A DNA stretch of 59,852 nucleotides from a virus (lineage: Duplodnaviria; Caudoviricetes): positions 1 through 59,852 of the IMG/VR virus record IMGVR_UViG_3300008107_000220, one strand, 5' to 3'. This document shows positions 27,317 to 34,970 of the stretch, piece by piece (the stretch's first letter is position 1; every line of letters starts with the position of its first letter). Position numbers and translations under genes: made by a program. The notes under the pieces were generated by a model. That model ran no database searches and was not told where the DNA came from. It saw only the letters and a program-made list of their open reading frames with translations.

Positions 27317-28233
27317 TCCTCAGCAAGACGGGCGAAGTACGACAGGGCATCATCATCCTCATCTTCTTCCACTGCGGGACGGCGAGTGGGTTTCAGAGAA
27401 GACAGTTCCTCACGGAGATCTTCGGTCAGTTCACGAGTAGAACCACGAGTGTTGTCTTCATCAAGATCTTCAGGATCTTGATAACGGGGAGTGCCTTTGG
27501 AACCAAGCACATAGTCCAGACGCTTCTTCAGTTCATCATAAGACTTAAACTGATCAGCAGCAACCAGTTCAGCAAGCGAATACTGCTTCTTCCAGATTGC
27601 TTCCATTGCGTCATCGTCGTCCAGAAGGGATTCAGGACGGGCAAACTCACTGGAATCATAGTTACGATAACCAGCAACATTCTTTGCCTTCAGTTTGAAG
27701 TTAGCACCCTGCCAGAAGTCAAACGGATCAATTGCTTCCTCATCTTCAAACTCAGGTTGCATCGCAGCAGTCAGTTTGTCAAAGATCTTCTTACCGTACT
27801 TGAACAGGAAGACTTTGCCTTCGTTGGCGGGATTGGCAGGATCCTTCACCACATAGATGTTGCTCACATAGGTCAGTTTACGCTTCTGCTTACGTGCCAG
27901 TTCCTTACCAGCATCAGTGCCGTTGTTCCACAGTTCAGAGTTCAGTTCGGACACAGGATCCTTCTGATTCAGAGTGGTAAGACTGTTCTCAATGTACCAA
28001 CCACCAGGACCTTGGAATGCGTGACTGTAGAGTTTCACGAACGGCAGGTCTTCGCCGTTGGGAGCAGGCAGGAAACGGATTACGGCATAACCATTACCGC
28101 TTTTATCTACATCCAGTTTCCACAGACGGTCATCACTAGAACCGCTGCTAGTATTCATTTTTTCAACTTCTTTGACCAGTTTAGCGGTCAGATTACCCAG
28201 TTTGGATTGCTTTTTAAGATCCGAAAAGGACAT
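27313..28233 (-). CDS. gp32: single-stranded DNA-binding protein
   Basis: GNGYAVIRFLPA...WYIENSLTTL...GANFKLK...NYDSSEF, with acidic tail. Confidence 0.95.
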   Translation of the reverse strand: MSFSDLKKQSKLGNLTAKLVKEVEKMNTSSGSSDDRLWKLDVDKSGNGYAVIRFLPAPNGEDLPFVKLYSHAFQGPGGWYIENSLTTLNQKDPVSELNSELWNNGTDAGKELARKQKRKLTYVSNIYVVKDPANPANEGKVFLFKYGKKIFDKLTAAMQPEFEDEEAIDPFDFWQGANFKLKAKNVAGYRNYDSSEFARPESLLDDDDAMEAIWKKQYSLAELVAADQFKSYDELKKRLDYVLGSKGTPRYQDPEDLDEDNTRGSTRELTEDLREELSSLKPTRRPAVEEDEDDDALSYFARLAEE

Positions 28234-28276
28234 TTGGATACCTCAGATAGTTTGGATTCGGGGGATTTACTTAGAT

Positions 28277-28305
28277 AGTATAGCGAAGATTGAGTCACCT
28301 GTCAA
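28277..28305 (-). promoter_or_regulatory. sigma70-type promoter TTGACA-N17-TATACT
   Basis: Near-consensus match upstream of gp32. Confidence 0.75.
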
Positions 28306-28627
28306 TGAATTGCTTGAGAGACTCAATGGTCTTGTTCATACTACTGAATAAAACTTGCATATCAGTCTCTGGTGGGAATCCCATCAGAGCCACTGATTTG
28401 CGTAGGTTCTCTTTCATCTCAACCGCTTGTGGGTCATCTGAAAGGGACAACCTAGTATACATCACTCTCTGCTTTTCTAGCAAGAGCTCAAGTTTCTCAA
28501 TGTGTTCCAGTTTGGTCTCACGGGGCATCATACCGAAAGTCAGAATGCTTCCGTAGATTTCCTCTTGTAACTTGTTGATTTCTCTCAGTTCGTCTTGAAT
28601 AATATCGGAGTCAAAAAAGTTACTCAT
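28295..28627 (-). CDS. DUF1825-like protein
   Basis: FFDSDIIQDE...EKQRVMYTRLSLSDDP. Confidence 0.75.
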   Translation of the reverse strand: MSNFFDSDIIQDELREINKLQEEIYGSILTFGMMPRETKLEHIEKLELLLEKQRVMYTRLSLSDDPQAVEMKENLRKSVALMGFPPETDMQVLFSSMNKTIESLKQFIDR

Positions 28628-29216
28628 CTATGATTTCCCTTAAAATCTTCTTGAATTGAAACACATCTGTATTTAGAAATGGAGAATATTTTTTAATTTT
28701 TAAGCTGACGGTTTCCCACACAGGGTCCAGAAGTTTCTTATCAAACATCTTCCCGAACAGGAATATTTTATCATATATGACTAGAGTTTCCAGGCTAATC
28801 TTCCCGCTCAGGAACTTTTTAAGAACGGGTGGATGACCTTTGGAACAGTTCAAGGCATCGTCTAATTTTGTCTCCGAGAACAATTCGTTGCTTTGTTCTT
28901 TGAACAAGTAAGTCAAACTCTGTTGTCTCCGCATCCAATCTGCGTAAGTCCTTTCTCCAGAACTGATAATTTCTCCAATCCATAAGTTCTGTGGGTTGTC
29001 TGATGCTACAAAGTTTGATACTAGAAAATCTAAAACTTCTTTATCGTTGTATTTGCGACTTGTCTTCTCAAACCAGTATTTGTCCTTGCGTTTGTTGAAG
29101 GATGTCATACTGGCACGAGTCTTCGCACCGTACTTAAAGAAGTCGTATTTTGGATTTGTGAAATGATTTTTGAGTGACAAATAATGTTGATAAGTTTCAA
29201 AGGGTGTCACGATCAT
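28620..29216 (-). CDS. gp59: helicase loader
   Basis: YLSLKNHF...YDFFKY...SFNKRKDKYWFEK...ISLETL. Confidence 0.9.
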   Translation of the reverse strand: MIVTPFETYQHYLSLKNHFTNPKYDFFKYGAKTRASMTSFNKRKDKYWFEKTSRKYNDKEVLDFLVSNFVASDNPQNLWIGEIISSGERTYADWMRRQQSLTYLFKEQSNELFSETKLDDALNCSKGHPPVLKKFLSGKISLETLVIYDKIFLFGKMFDKKLLDPVWETVSLKIKKYSPFLNTDVFQFKKILREIIDE

Positions 29217-29473
29217 AAAGGCAATCTTGCTCTTGATGTTTTCTTCATAAAGTTAAGACGAGTGGCATCCCACTTGAGTCTTTCTTTTAAAGGTTTTGAA
29301 ATGAGTTTCGTAACTGATTCTACCTCAAGACTATTGACTTCGCAATAGTGACAAATAGCATCAATATAATTCAGATTTTCTTCAGCAACAATTTTCTCAA
29401 TCTCAAGAGCAAACTTGGAAGGGGTTAAAAATTTACTTTCTATTGCCTGTTCTAGTTCTTTATTTGGTTCCAT
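29213..29473 (-). CDS. gp33: late-transcription coactivator (start revised to MEPNK)
   Basis: KFALEIEKIV...YIDAI.HYC...KLISKPLKERL; T4 synteny with gp59. Confidence 0.85.
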   Translation of the reverse strand: MEPNKELEQAIESKFLTPSKFALEIEKIVAEENLNYIDAICHYCEVNSLEVESVTKLISKPLKERLKWDATRLNFMKKTSRARLPL

Positions 29474-30143
29474 AGAGCTCCAGTTTATCTCCAACAAACT
29501 TTCTAATGTATTTGCCGAGTAGTTTGATGTACTTTGATTTGTCTCTTTCTTCATAGACGACGCATTCTCCATTTTCACAAGCCATAATGATTACAAGTTT
29601 TTTGACTGAAATACCAGTCAGTTCGTATAGCATACAACCGTAAGCCATACATTGAACAAAATAGTGTTCAATCCACTCGCGTGGTTTTGGTTTTTTGGAA
29701 GTCTTAAAGTCAATTATTGCTAACTCACCGTCATATTCGGCAATACAATCAACTGTCCCAGCAATTCCCAGTTGTTTACTATATAGGGACCCTTCAAGGG
29801 CGTAAATATTATTTATGCGATTTAGATTCGTCTTCGCAATTTTAAACAGAAAATCCGCCATCGGCGCAACAGACGGGAGATCTTTATTGTCCAGATAATT
29901 TTCCACGAGAGAATGCATATCCGTGCCACGAGAAGTAGCTGCCTTAGTAATCTTCTCCGCTTCCTCCTCACCAACCTTTTTACGCCAATTGATGAAAATT
30001 TCACGATTAAAATGGCTGGTAATAGAAGTAATGGAAACAAGTTTTAAAAGTTCTTCTTCCGTAGGAACTTTATAATAACGAACACCATCTATAGTCTCCC
30101 TTTCAAGTTCGGGGAGCGTCACATCAATATGCTTGAACATCAA
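29460..30143 (-). CDS. PD-(D/E)xK exonuclease (Cas4/lambda-exo-like)
   Basis: SITS...RGTDMH...AGTVDC...IIDFKTS...Q..AY. Confidence 0.85.
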   Translation of the reverse strand: MMFKHIDVTLPELERETIDGVRYYKVPTEEELLKLVSITSITSHFNREIFINWRKKVGEEEAEKITKAATSRGTDMHSLVENYLDNKDLPSVAPMADFLFKIAKTNLNRINNIYALEGSLYSKQLGIAGTVDCIAEYDGELAIIDFKTSKKPKPREWIEHYFVQCMAYGCMLYELTGISVKKLVIIMACENGECVVYEERDKSKYIKLLGKYIRKFVGDKLELYGTK

Positions 30144-30898
30144 AAACCTGCTTCCATTTTAGCAATAATGTATTCCTTGACAAGTCCAGAACGAACAATA
30201 TCATCTACACCAAATTCAATTATATCAAAAGATGGCATTTTACGCAATACTGACATAAAATCTACAATACCATTACGCTCGTTTGTTTTCTGTAAGTCTG
30301 ATTGAGAAGCATCGCCACAGAAACAAATCTTGGTATTCTCACCAACACGAGTAATGATTGAATCAAGTTCGTGGAAGTTTAGGTTTTGGAACTCATCAAC
30401 AATAATGATAGCATTATCAAGCGTAGTGCCTCTTAGGAATGAAGTACTCCAGAACTTAATGGTTTCTTGTGACTTGAGATTTCCATAAAGCATCTCAAAG
30501 TCAGCATCAGAAGGCATCTGGAACATATACTTCACCATATTCTTATAAGGAATCTGGTAAATATCTGCCTTATCTTCGTGAGAACCAGGCAAGAATCCAA
30601 TTTCTCTTGTAGCAACTAATGAGCGAACCAGATAGATTTTCTCATAAGGTGTTGATTCATCCAAAACATCTGCAAGAGCATTGTAGAGTGTAATGAAAGT
30701 CTTACCAGTTCCAGCACAACCATAAGCAACTAAGTGTTTACCTGCCGCATATGATTCAAAAAGACGCTTTTGATTGTCTGTAAGTGGATCAATATCAACC
30801 AAATAGTCAGAACTCAGAGGTTTTCTCCTCTTCATCTGTTTTGCCGTCAGACCAACGCCGATTGGTTGCTCTACATTTCCTCTTTTTCTTCTTGCCAT
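30140..30898 (-). CDS. phoH: PhoH-family ATPase
   Basis: GCAGTGKT, IGFLPG, FLRGTT, DEFQN, GDASQSD, VRSGLVK. Confidence 0.95.
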   Translation of the reverse strand: MARRKRGNVEQPIGVGLTAKQMKRRKPLSSDYLVDIDPLTDNQKRLFESYAAGKHLVAYGCAGTGKTFITLYNALADVLDESTPYEKIYLVRSLVATREIGFLPGSHEDKADIYQIPYKNMVKYMFQMPSDADFEMLYGNLKSQETIKFWSTSFLRGTTLDNAIIIVDEFQNLNFHELDSIITRVGENTKICFCGDASQSDLQKTNERNGIVDFMSVLRKMPSFDIIEFGVDDIVRSGLVKEYIIAKMEAGF

Positions 30899-31146
30899 TA
30901 GATTTTCTTTACGTAAGAGCCAGGTGCTTTGGATGCCTTGTGAAGAACATCATTCCATCCAGGGTTGCGATTGATGAGTCTATCTTTCCACTCACCAACC
31001 TCACCAGAACCAGGACAGGTAGATGGATCACTCCAATCCCTATCCCAGTCTGGATTATCTAACTTCCACTGAGACCAGTCGTGAACACTCATGTTCACTT
31101 CTTTCTGTTCACCAGTGGTCTTATGAATAACGGGGTATGTCGCCAT
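30898..31146 (-). CDS. cyanophage-type hypothetical protein
   Basis: 82-aa Trp-rich ORF coupled to phoH. Confidence 0.8.
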   Translation of the reverse strand: MATYPVIHKTTGEQKEVNMSVHDWSQWKLDNPDWDRDWSDPSTCPGSGEVGEWKDRLINRNPGWNDVLHKASKAPGSYVKKI

Positions 31147-31172
31147 AAAGTTACGAATTCAAGATAAAATAT

Positions 31173-31808
31173 TTAGACCCACTCAAGGGCTTCTGCGACT
31201 GTTGGGAATTGTTCGGAAAAAACTTTCTTACATTCCAGAGCAATGTCCATATGCTCTTTCTGGGTGCCATTTTTTTCTCTAAGTTGAATGTAATGAATCC
31301 AGTTGCGGCAAGATCCACTCATATAGATGCGTGTGGGCGTCGCTAAGGGCAGTACAAACCGAGCACACTCCTTTGCGACTCCTGCCTCCAGAAGACGCTT
31401 GTAGAGGTTGTTAGAGTGGGCAAATAGTTCAGCAATTTCTGCTTGAAATTTAAGTTTTACATAGTCACCAAGATCATCAGTAGAATTCTGACGATTCTTA
31501 GTATCTTGACGACGAAGATCTGGAACAGGAATATTTTCAGTAATCAGATTTGTATCAGCATAACGCTGGGAAAACTCTTGAAATGTAAAACTACGGTGCC
31601 TTAATATTTGAGCCGCGATACCACGATTTGTTTCAATCTCAAGAGTCATAAATGCCTGCTCAAAAACAGACCAATGATTGTGCTTAATACAATAACGTAA
31701 CAGACCTGCATAGTTTTCAGAATCCTGATTTGCTGGATTAGAAACTCTCGCAACATAGGCCATTGTTTGTTCTGCATCGGGAGTCACACTGATGAGTTTT
31801 ACTGTCAT
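31173..31808 (-). CDS. thyX: FAD-dependent thymidylate synthase
   Basis: HWSVFE, QILRHRSFTFQEFSQRY, KECARFVLP. Confidence 0.97.
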   Translation of the reverse strand: MTVKLISVTPDAEQTMAYVARVSNPANQDSENYAGLLRYCIKHNHWSVFEQAFMTLEIETNRGIAAQILRHRSFTFQEFSQRYADTNLITENIPVPDLRRQDTKNRQNSTDDLGDYVKLKFQAEIAELFAHSNNLYKRLLEAGVAKECARFVLPLATPTRIYMSGSCRNWIHYIQLREKNGTQKEHMDIALECKKVFSEQFPTVAEALEWV

Positions 31809-31975
31809 TTCTTTCCAAATCCTTTTGATGTATGTGCTTCTAGTTTAGCGATTTCTTCCTCTGCTTCACGAAGTCTTTTTTTCATTTCATGAAGTTCTTC
31901 TTCGGAATACATATGATTTTGAGCGACTAATCGCTTCATTAATTTTAGCAGTTCTTTTGCTTTTTTAGTCTGCAT
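31805..31975 (-). CDS. small coiled-coil hypothetical protein
   Basis: MQTKKAKELL...SKGFGKK; ATGA overlap with thyX. Confidence 0.7.
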   Translation of the reverse strand: MQTKKAKELLKLMKRLVAQNHMYSEEELHEMKKRLREAEEEIAKLEAHTSKGFGKK

Positions 31976-32135
31976 ATCCATCGTCATCGTCATAAAGTTC
32001 GTCGTAATCTACAAATCGTTCTGTTGTTTTCTCTGGTGCCTTGTAAGCAGAAACATCAGAGTACACTTCTGCTTTGAGAGAATCTACAAGAAGTTCTAGA
32101 TTACGGACGATTAGTTTGAGTTTGTCTCTGTCCAT
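31965..32135 (-). CDS. 56-aa acidic-tailed protein (not in ORF track)
   Basis: MDRDKLKLIVRNLELLVDSLKAEVYSDVSAYKAPEKTTERFVDYDELYDDDDGYAD. Confidence 0.75.
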   Translation of the reverse strand: MDRDKLKLIVRNLELLVDSLKAEVYSDVSAYKAPEKTTERFVDYDELYDDDDGYAD

Positions 32136-32156
32136 AAGTTACTATTCTCTTTAGGC

Positions 32157-32193
32157 ATTTTACCATAAAAAAAGAGGGGCAGTCAACCCCCCC
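32157..32193 (-). terminator. intrinsic terminator overlapping a promoter
   Basis: GGGGGG-TTGACTG-CCCCTC-T7; also reads TTGACT-N18-TAAAAT with an extended -10 TG. Confidence 0.6.
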
Positions 32194-32199
32194 GTTTCA

Positions 32200-32332
32200 T
32201 TATGACTTGCTTAACAACTCCCTACAAATTCTTTTACAAGTTTGTTTTTCATCATCACACTCAATCAAACAATTAAAATAATCATTAACTAAGTCGTTCT
32301 GCTAGTTGATTGTAAGAGATTAGGTTGTGCAT
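32200..32332 (-). pseudogene. frame-disrupted small Cys-rich protein gene
   Basis: GGAGG SD, then MHNLISYNQLA; continues in another frame as QNDLVNDYFNCLIECDDEKQTCKRICRELLSKS*. Confidence 0.6.
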
Positions 32333-32441
32333 AATAACCTCCATGCACATAGAATAACATAACAAAGGGGTTTTCATTCATACGCTTCACCTCTATATTC
32401 TACTACTATCTAGGTGTTTTGTGTTGATTCCTTAACAATAA

Positions 32442-32479
32442 TTTATACCTACGAGTTTATACCTACGAGTTTATACCTA
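32442..32479. repeat. 14-bp tandem repeat, about 2.7 copies
   Basis: TTTATACCTACGAG TTTATACCTACGAG TTTATACCTA. Confidence 0.9.
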
Positions 32480-32480
32480 T

Positions 32481-32504
32481 AAAAAAAGGAGGGTTGCCCC
32501 TCCC
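32481..32504 (-). terminator. intrinsic terminator of the peptide operon
   Basis: GGAGGG-GCAA-CCCTCC-T7 (GNRA loop). Confidence 0.85.
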
Positions 32505-32510
32505 AGTGAT

Positions 32511-32596
32511 TTACTTATAAAGCCACTGAATGTATGATGACAGTAATATGGTCATCAACGAATCGCAGCAGTTGAAGATATGATGACTTGTCCCAT
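32511..32596 (-). pseudogene. 28-aa membrane peptide gene with apparent 1-nt deletion
   Basis: Restoring one base after GCGATT gives MGQVIISSTAAI(A)LMTILLSSYIQWLYK*. Confidence 0.55.
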
Positions 32597-32694
32597 CACT
32601 TTGCTCCAACTAGTTGTGCTAGTTGTGCCTGATGACGACGCTCTTCTTTTTGCTTTTGCTCTTTAATGATTTGAAGGAAGTTAAGTTTTTTCAC
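32596..32694 (-). CDS. 32-aa basic helical peptide
   Basis: GTG start, SD AAGGAGG, overlap with the DUF4278 stop; (M)KKLNFLQIIKEQKQKEERRHQAQLAQLVGAK. Confidence 0.65.
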   Translation of the reverse strand: MKKLNFLQIIKEQKQKEERRHQAQLAQLVGAK

Positions 32695-32828
32695 TTATGC
32701 CCCTCCTTTACAAACTTAACACCACGATAGGTTTCGTTGTATTGTTGGGATTGTTGTTGCATTTGCTGTTGATATTCAATACGCTTTTGCGTATCGTACT
32801 CAACACCTCTATACACTACACGACTCAT
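32691..32828 (-). CDS. DUF4278-like small protein (45 aa)
   Basis: MSRVVYRGVEYDTQKRIEYQQQMQQQSQQYNETYRGVKFVKEGHK; twin YRGV motifs; SD AAGGAG. Confidence 0.85.
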   Translation of the reverse strand: MSRVVYRGVEYDTQKRIEYQQQMQQQSQQYNETYRGVKFVKEGHK

Positions 32829-32860
32829 TGGTTTTCTCCTTAGTTTTTTAGGTTAAAGAG

Positions 32861-33029
32861 CGTTCCTTCAGTCGGCTTTTGCGTCTATGGGACAAGTTTT
32901 TGGAGAAATCTGTTTGATCTCCCAAATAATATCATTCTTTGCTTGATTGGGAATGTCCTGTTTAAGAACTCTTCCTGCCATTAATTGTGCCTGTAAACAA
33001 GTAAGAATGATTGCTTCCATAGATGAACG
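32861..33029 (-). ncRNA. glutamine-riboswitch-like aptamer 2, with P2 loop expanded by an ORF
   Basis: CGTTCATCTATGG...CCATAGACGCAAAAGCCGACTGAAGGAACG; same flanks as aptamer 1. Confidence 0.7.
32868..33020 (-). CDS. 50-aa ORF nested in the riboswitch aptamer
   Basis: MEAIILTCLQAQLMAGRVLKQDIPNQAKNDIIWEIKQISPKTCPIDAKAD*. Confidence 0.6.
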   Translation of the reverse strand: MEAIILTCLQAQLMAGRVLKQDIPNQAKNDIIWEIKQISPKTCPIDAKAD

Positions 33030-33050
33030 ACCTATAAGTAGGTTTTGATC

Positions 33051-33093
33051 CGTTCCGAGTCGGCTTACTTCCGTCTGGTTTTCCAGATGAACG
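33051..33093 (-). ncRNA. glutamine-riboswitch-like aptamer 1 (glnA/Downstream-peptide class)
   Basis: CGTTCA-TCTGG-AAAA-CCAGA-CGGAAGTAAGCCGACTC-GGAACG: P1 CGTTC/GAACG, P2 hairpin, GGAAGTA element. Confidence 0.8.
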
Positions 33094-33100
33094 TAGAGGC

Positions 33101-33129
33101 ATTATACCTCGTTACGATAATTTATACAA
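33101..33129 (-). promoter_or_regulatory. sigma70-type promoter TTGTAT-N17-TATAAT
   Basis: Predicted start site falls at the 5' end of aptamer 1. Confidence 0.7.
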
Positions 33130-33136
33130 GTTTTTT

Positions 33137-33152
33137 TGTAAAATGTGATACA
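33137..33152. promoter_or_regulatory. NtcA-box-like palindrome TGTA-N8-TACA
   Basis: TGTAAAATGTGATACA just upstream of the -35 element. Confidence 0.65.
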
Positions 33153-33212
33153 ATTTTAAAAAACTTTAAGAACTCAAAATTTTGCCGGAAAAATTGTTGG
33201 CGATCTGGGGAA

Positions 33213-33560
33213 TCACTTCCGCTTTTTGGTTTTGGGTGCTTGATAACCCCACATCTTTGGATTCACTCTCCCATATCCAAATCCAATACTCTTTAAATTT
33301 TCACGAAACTTATCCCAGTACATATCAAATAATTTAGTTCTTGTACCTCTGGTAAGGTCAAAACAAATCTTTTCACCCACCACATACTTGACAATATGAG
33401 CATCATTAGGTGCATCCTTTGTACAAACATCAGCATACGAACCATTCTCAACGAGAATCTCACAACCGTAACGAGTCTTACAGGTTTCTTTTTCTGATGA
33501 TGTCCAATGATCCATATGCTTTTCTATACTTTGTTCTTTCTCAATTACCTCACGACTCAC
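33213..33560 (-). CDS. cyanophage-type hypothetical protein
   Basis: 115-aa ORF with GTGA overlap. Confidence 0.75.
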   Translation of the reverse strand: MSREVIEKEQSIEKHMDHWTSSEKETCKTRYGCEILVENGSYADVCTKDAPNDAHIVKYVVGEKICFDLTRGTRTKLFDMYWDKFRENLKSIGFGYGRVNPKMWGYQAPKTKKRK

Positions 33561-34171
33561 GAACGATTACCCCACTGAATATCGGGATATGCCTCCATTA
33601 CAACTTCTTTTGTAAGATTATATTTTTCCGAAAGTTTCTTGTCTTTGATCAGGCAAAGGATCTCTGATTCCAGTGGATGAAGTCCTTCTAGAATATTGAT
33701 GAACATTGTCTCACGACGAATGTTATTCAGAGCATCATTACCACCTTTAACAAAGTGATACAGGTTCACATACTCTCTACGAAGTGTGGTATGTCCCTGC
33801 TTATCAGTTGCTCCAAGAGAGAATGATCCAGTCTCGTGCATTCTACGAATCTCTTCGGTGATCTTCGTAGAAAGACTGCCACTATAAGAAGTCTGATCAG
33901 CATATCCAGAATAAGGAACTGGTCCCTCTGGAAGAACTGAAATCACAGTCTCATCAAAGTTCCAGAGCAGAATCACCTTCAGTGAAATGTGCTCATATTT
34001 TTTGAGAACTTCTACCTTCTTAACATTAGATTTTTGCTTTGATACAAGGTCTAGAACCTCAAAAGCAAAAGGATTGGTAGGTAGTTCTGGAATTGGAGTG
34101 ACCTTAACAGTCTTGGGAGTTGTTTTGGTCTTAGTCTTCGTCGTCGTCGTTGTCATAATTTTCGTCGTCAA
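33557..34171 (-). CDS. T4-like phage hypothetical protein
   Basis: LPEGPVPY...RRETMFINILEGLHP.E motif. Confidence 0.8.
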   Translation of the reverse strand: MTTKIMTTTTTKTKTKTTPKTVKVTPIPELPTNPFAFEVLDLVSKQKSNVKKVEVLKKYEHISLKVILLWNFDETVISVLPEGPVPYSGYADQTSYSGSLSTKITEEIRRMHETGSFSLGATDKQGHTTLRREYVNLYHFVKGGNDALNNIRRETMFINILEGLHPLESEILCLIKDKKLSEKYNLTKEVVMEAYPDIQWGNRS

Positions 34172-34367
34172 AATAATCTGGATTAAATGAAATAGCTAAA
34201 ACTTCATCGGGAATTACATTACCATTCTGATCATAGAATTCTGGATGTAACTTTGGAATTTCCCGATAGTTCATCATATATTCTCTTGCCACCCAACCTG
34301 CCATTACTCCCACTATAAGAAACAATACTGTTAGAAAGGAACCAAAAACTAAACTAACTGCGAGCAT
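34131..34367 (-). CDS. small membrane protein
   Basis: N-terminal TM helix; HPEFYD; acidic tail. Confidence 0.75.
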   Translation of the reverse strand: MLAVSLVFGSFLTVLFLIVGVMAGWVAREYMMNYREIPKLHPEFYDQNGNVIPDEVLAISFNPDYFDDENYDNDDDED

Positions 34368-34605
34368 TTCTTTTACCTCGGGAAACTACTTTTCTTTTCC
34401 TTGACTTAAAGGAAAACTCAAAATAGATGGTTACTTCCCGATTCAGAAAGCAAACCATCTTCTCAAAGATGATGTGGAACGGTTGAGTTTGCTTTCTTTT
34501 TCCTCCATTAAGTATAAGTTCAACGCCACGATTAAAGTGGTCTTCATTTTTATTTATGTCAGGACTTGATAATTTGTTGTTCCTTGAGGAATTTGATTGT
34601 GTCAA
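34354..34605 (-). CDS. hypothetical protein
   Basis: ORF filling the operon gap; start uncertain. Confidence 0.55.
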   Translation of the reverse strand: MTQSNSSRNNKLSSPDINKNEDHFNRGVELILNGGKRKQTQPFHIIFEKMVCFLNREVTIYFEFSFKSRKRKVVSRGKRNARS

Positions 34606-34801
34606 CGGATCCTCCTAATTTCTGGTCATCACAAACGACCTGTGGGAAAGTAGAACCCTCACCAAACTCGGCATAGAATTCTTCTTTAGTAAAATGTTCT
34701 CCTAAATTATAAACCACAAAGCTATTTCCTGTCAATTCAAGAACTTGTTTAACTTTATAGCAATATGGGCAATCCTCTTTTGAGTAGATAGTGAAATTCA
34801 T
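34559..34801 (-). CDS. glutaredoxin (start revised to MNFTIY)
   Basis: CPYC active site; TFPQV and LGG motifs. Confidence 0.92.
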   Translation of the reverse strand: MNFTIYSKEDCPYCYKVKQVLELTGNSFVVYNLGEHFTKEEFYAEFGEGSTFPQVVCDDQKLGGSVDTIKFLKEQQIIKS

Positions 34802-34833
34802 AAGGCATTGAGATTTATAGTAATTTATAATAG

Positions 34834-34859
34834 AAAAAAAGGAGGGTATAAAACCCTCC
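34834..34859 (-). terminator. intrinsic terminator
   Basis: GGAGGGT-TTTAT-ACCCTCC-T7. Confidence 0.85.
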
Positions 34860-34936
34860 CCATTATACCACCAACTCACCTCTCCCACCACAGAGAAGTG
34901 GTCTTCATTCCCAAAGTTACAAGGATATTGAAGACT
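34834..34936 (-). ncRNA. candidate ~100-nt structured sRNA or attenuator leader
   Basis: Lies between a perfect promoter and a terminator; three hairpins. Confidence 0.55.
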
Positions 34937-34941
34937 TGAAT

Positions 34942-34970
34942 ATTATACAGGGTTTTGTTGTTGTTGTCAA
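34942..34970 (-). promoter_or_regulatory. sigma70-type promoter TTGACA-N17-TATAAT
   Basis: Perfect consensus. Confidence 0.85.

Noticed and set aside
27478-28278. 266-aa plus-strand ORF antisense to gp32
   Set aside because: Mirror of strong codon bias; no recognisable motifs
29460-30143. Cas4-like nuclease as a CRISPR component
   Set aside because: No cas genes or array in the window; it sits in the usual phoH-exonuclease-gp33-gp59 context
30140-31808. phoH and thyX as novelties, or intron/intein insertions in them
   Set aside because: Common genes in T4-like cyanophages; both are uninterrupted and of normal length
32200-32332. CP12 assignment for the Cys-rich remnant
   Set aside because: Lacks the AWD.VEEL and C...P...EC motifs
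32442-32479. Possible mini-CRISPR array
   Set aside because: 14-bp units are directly abutting with no spacers
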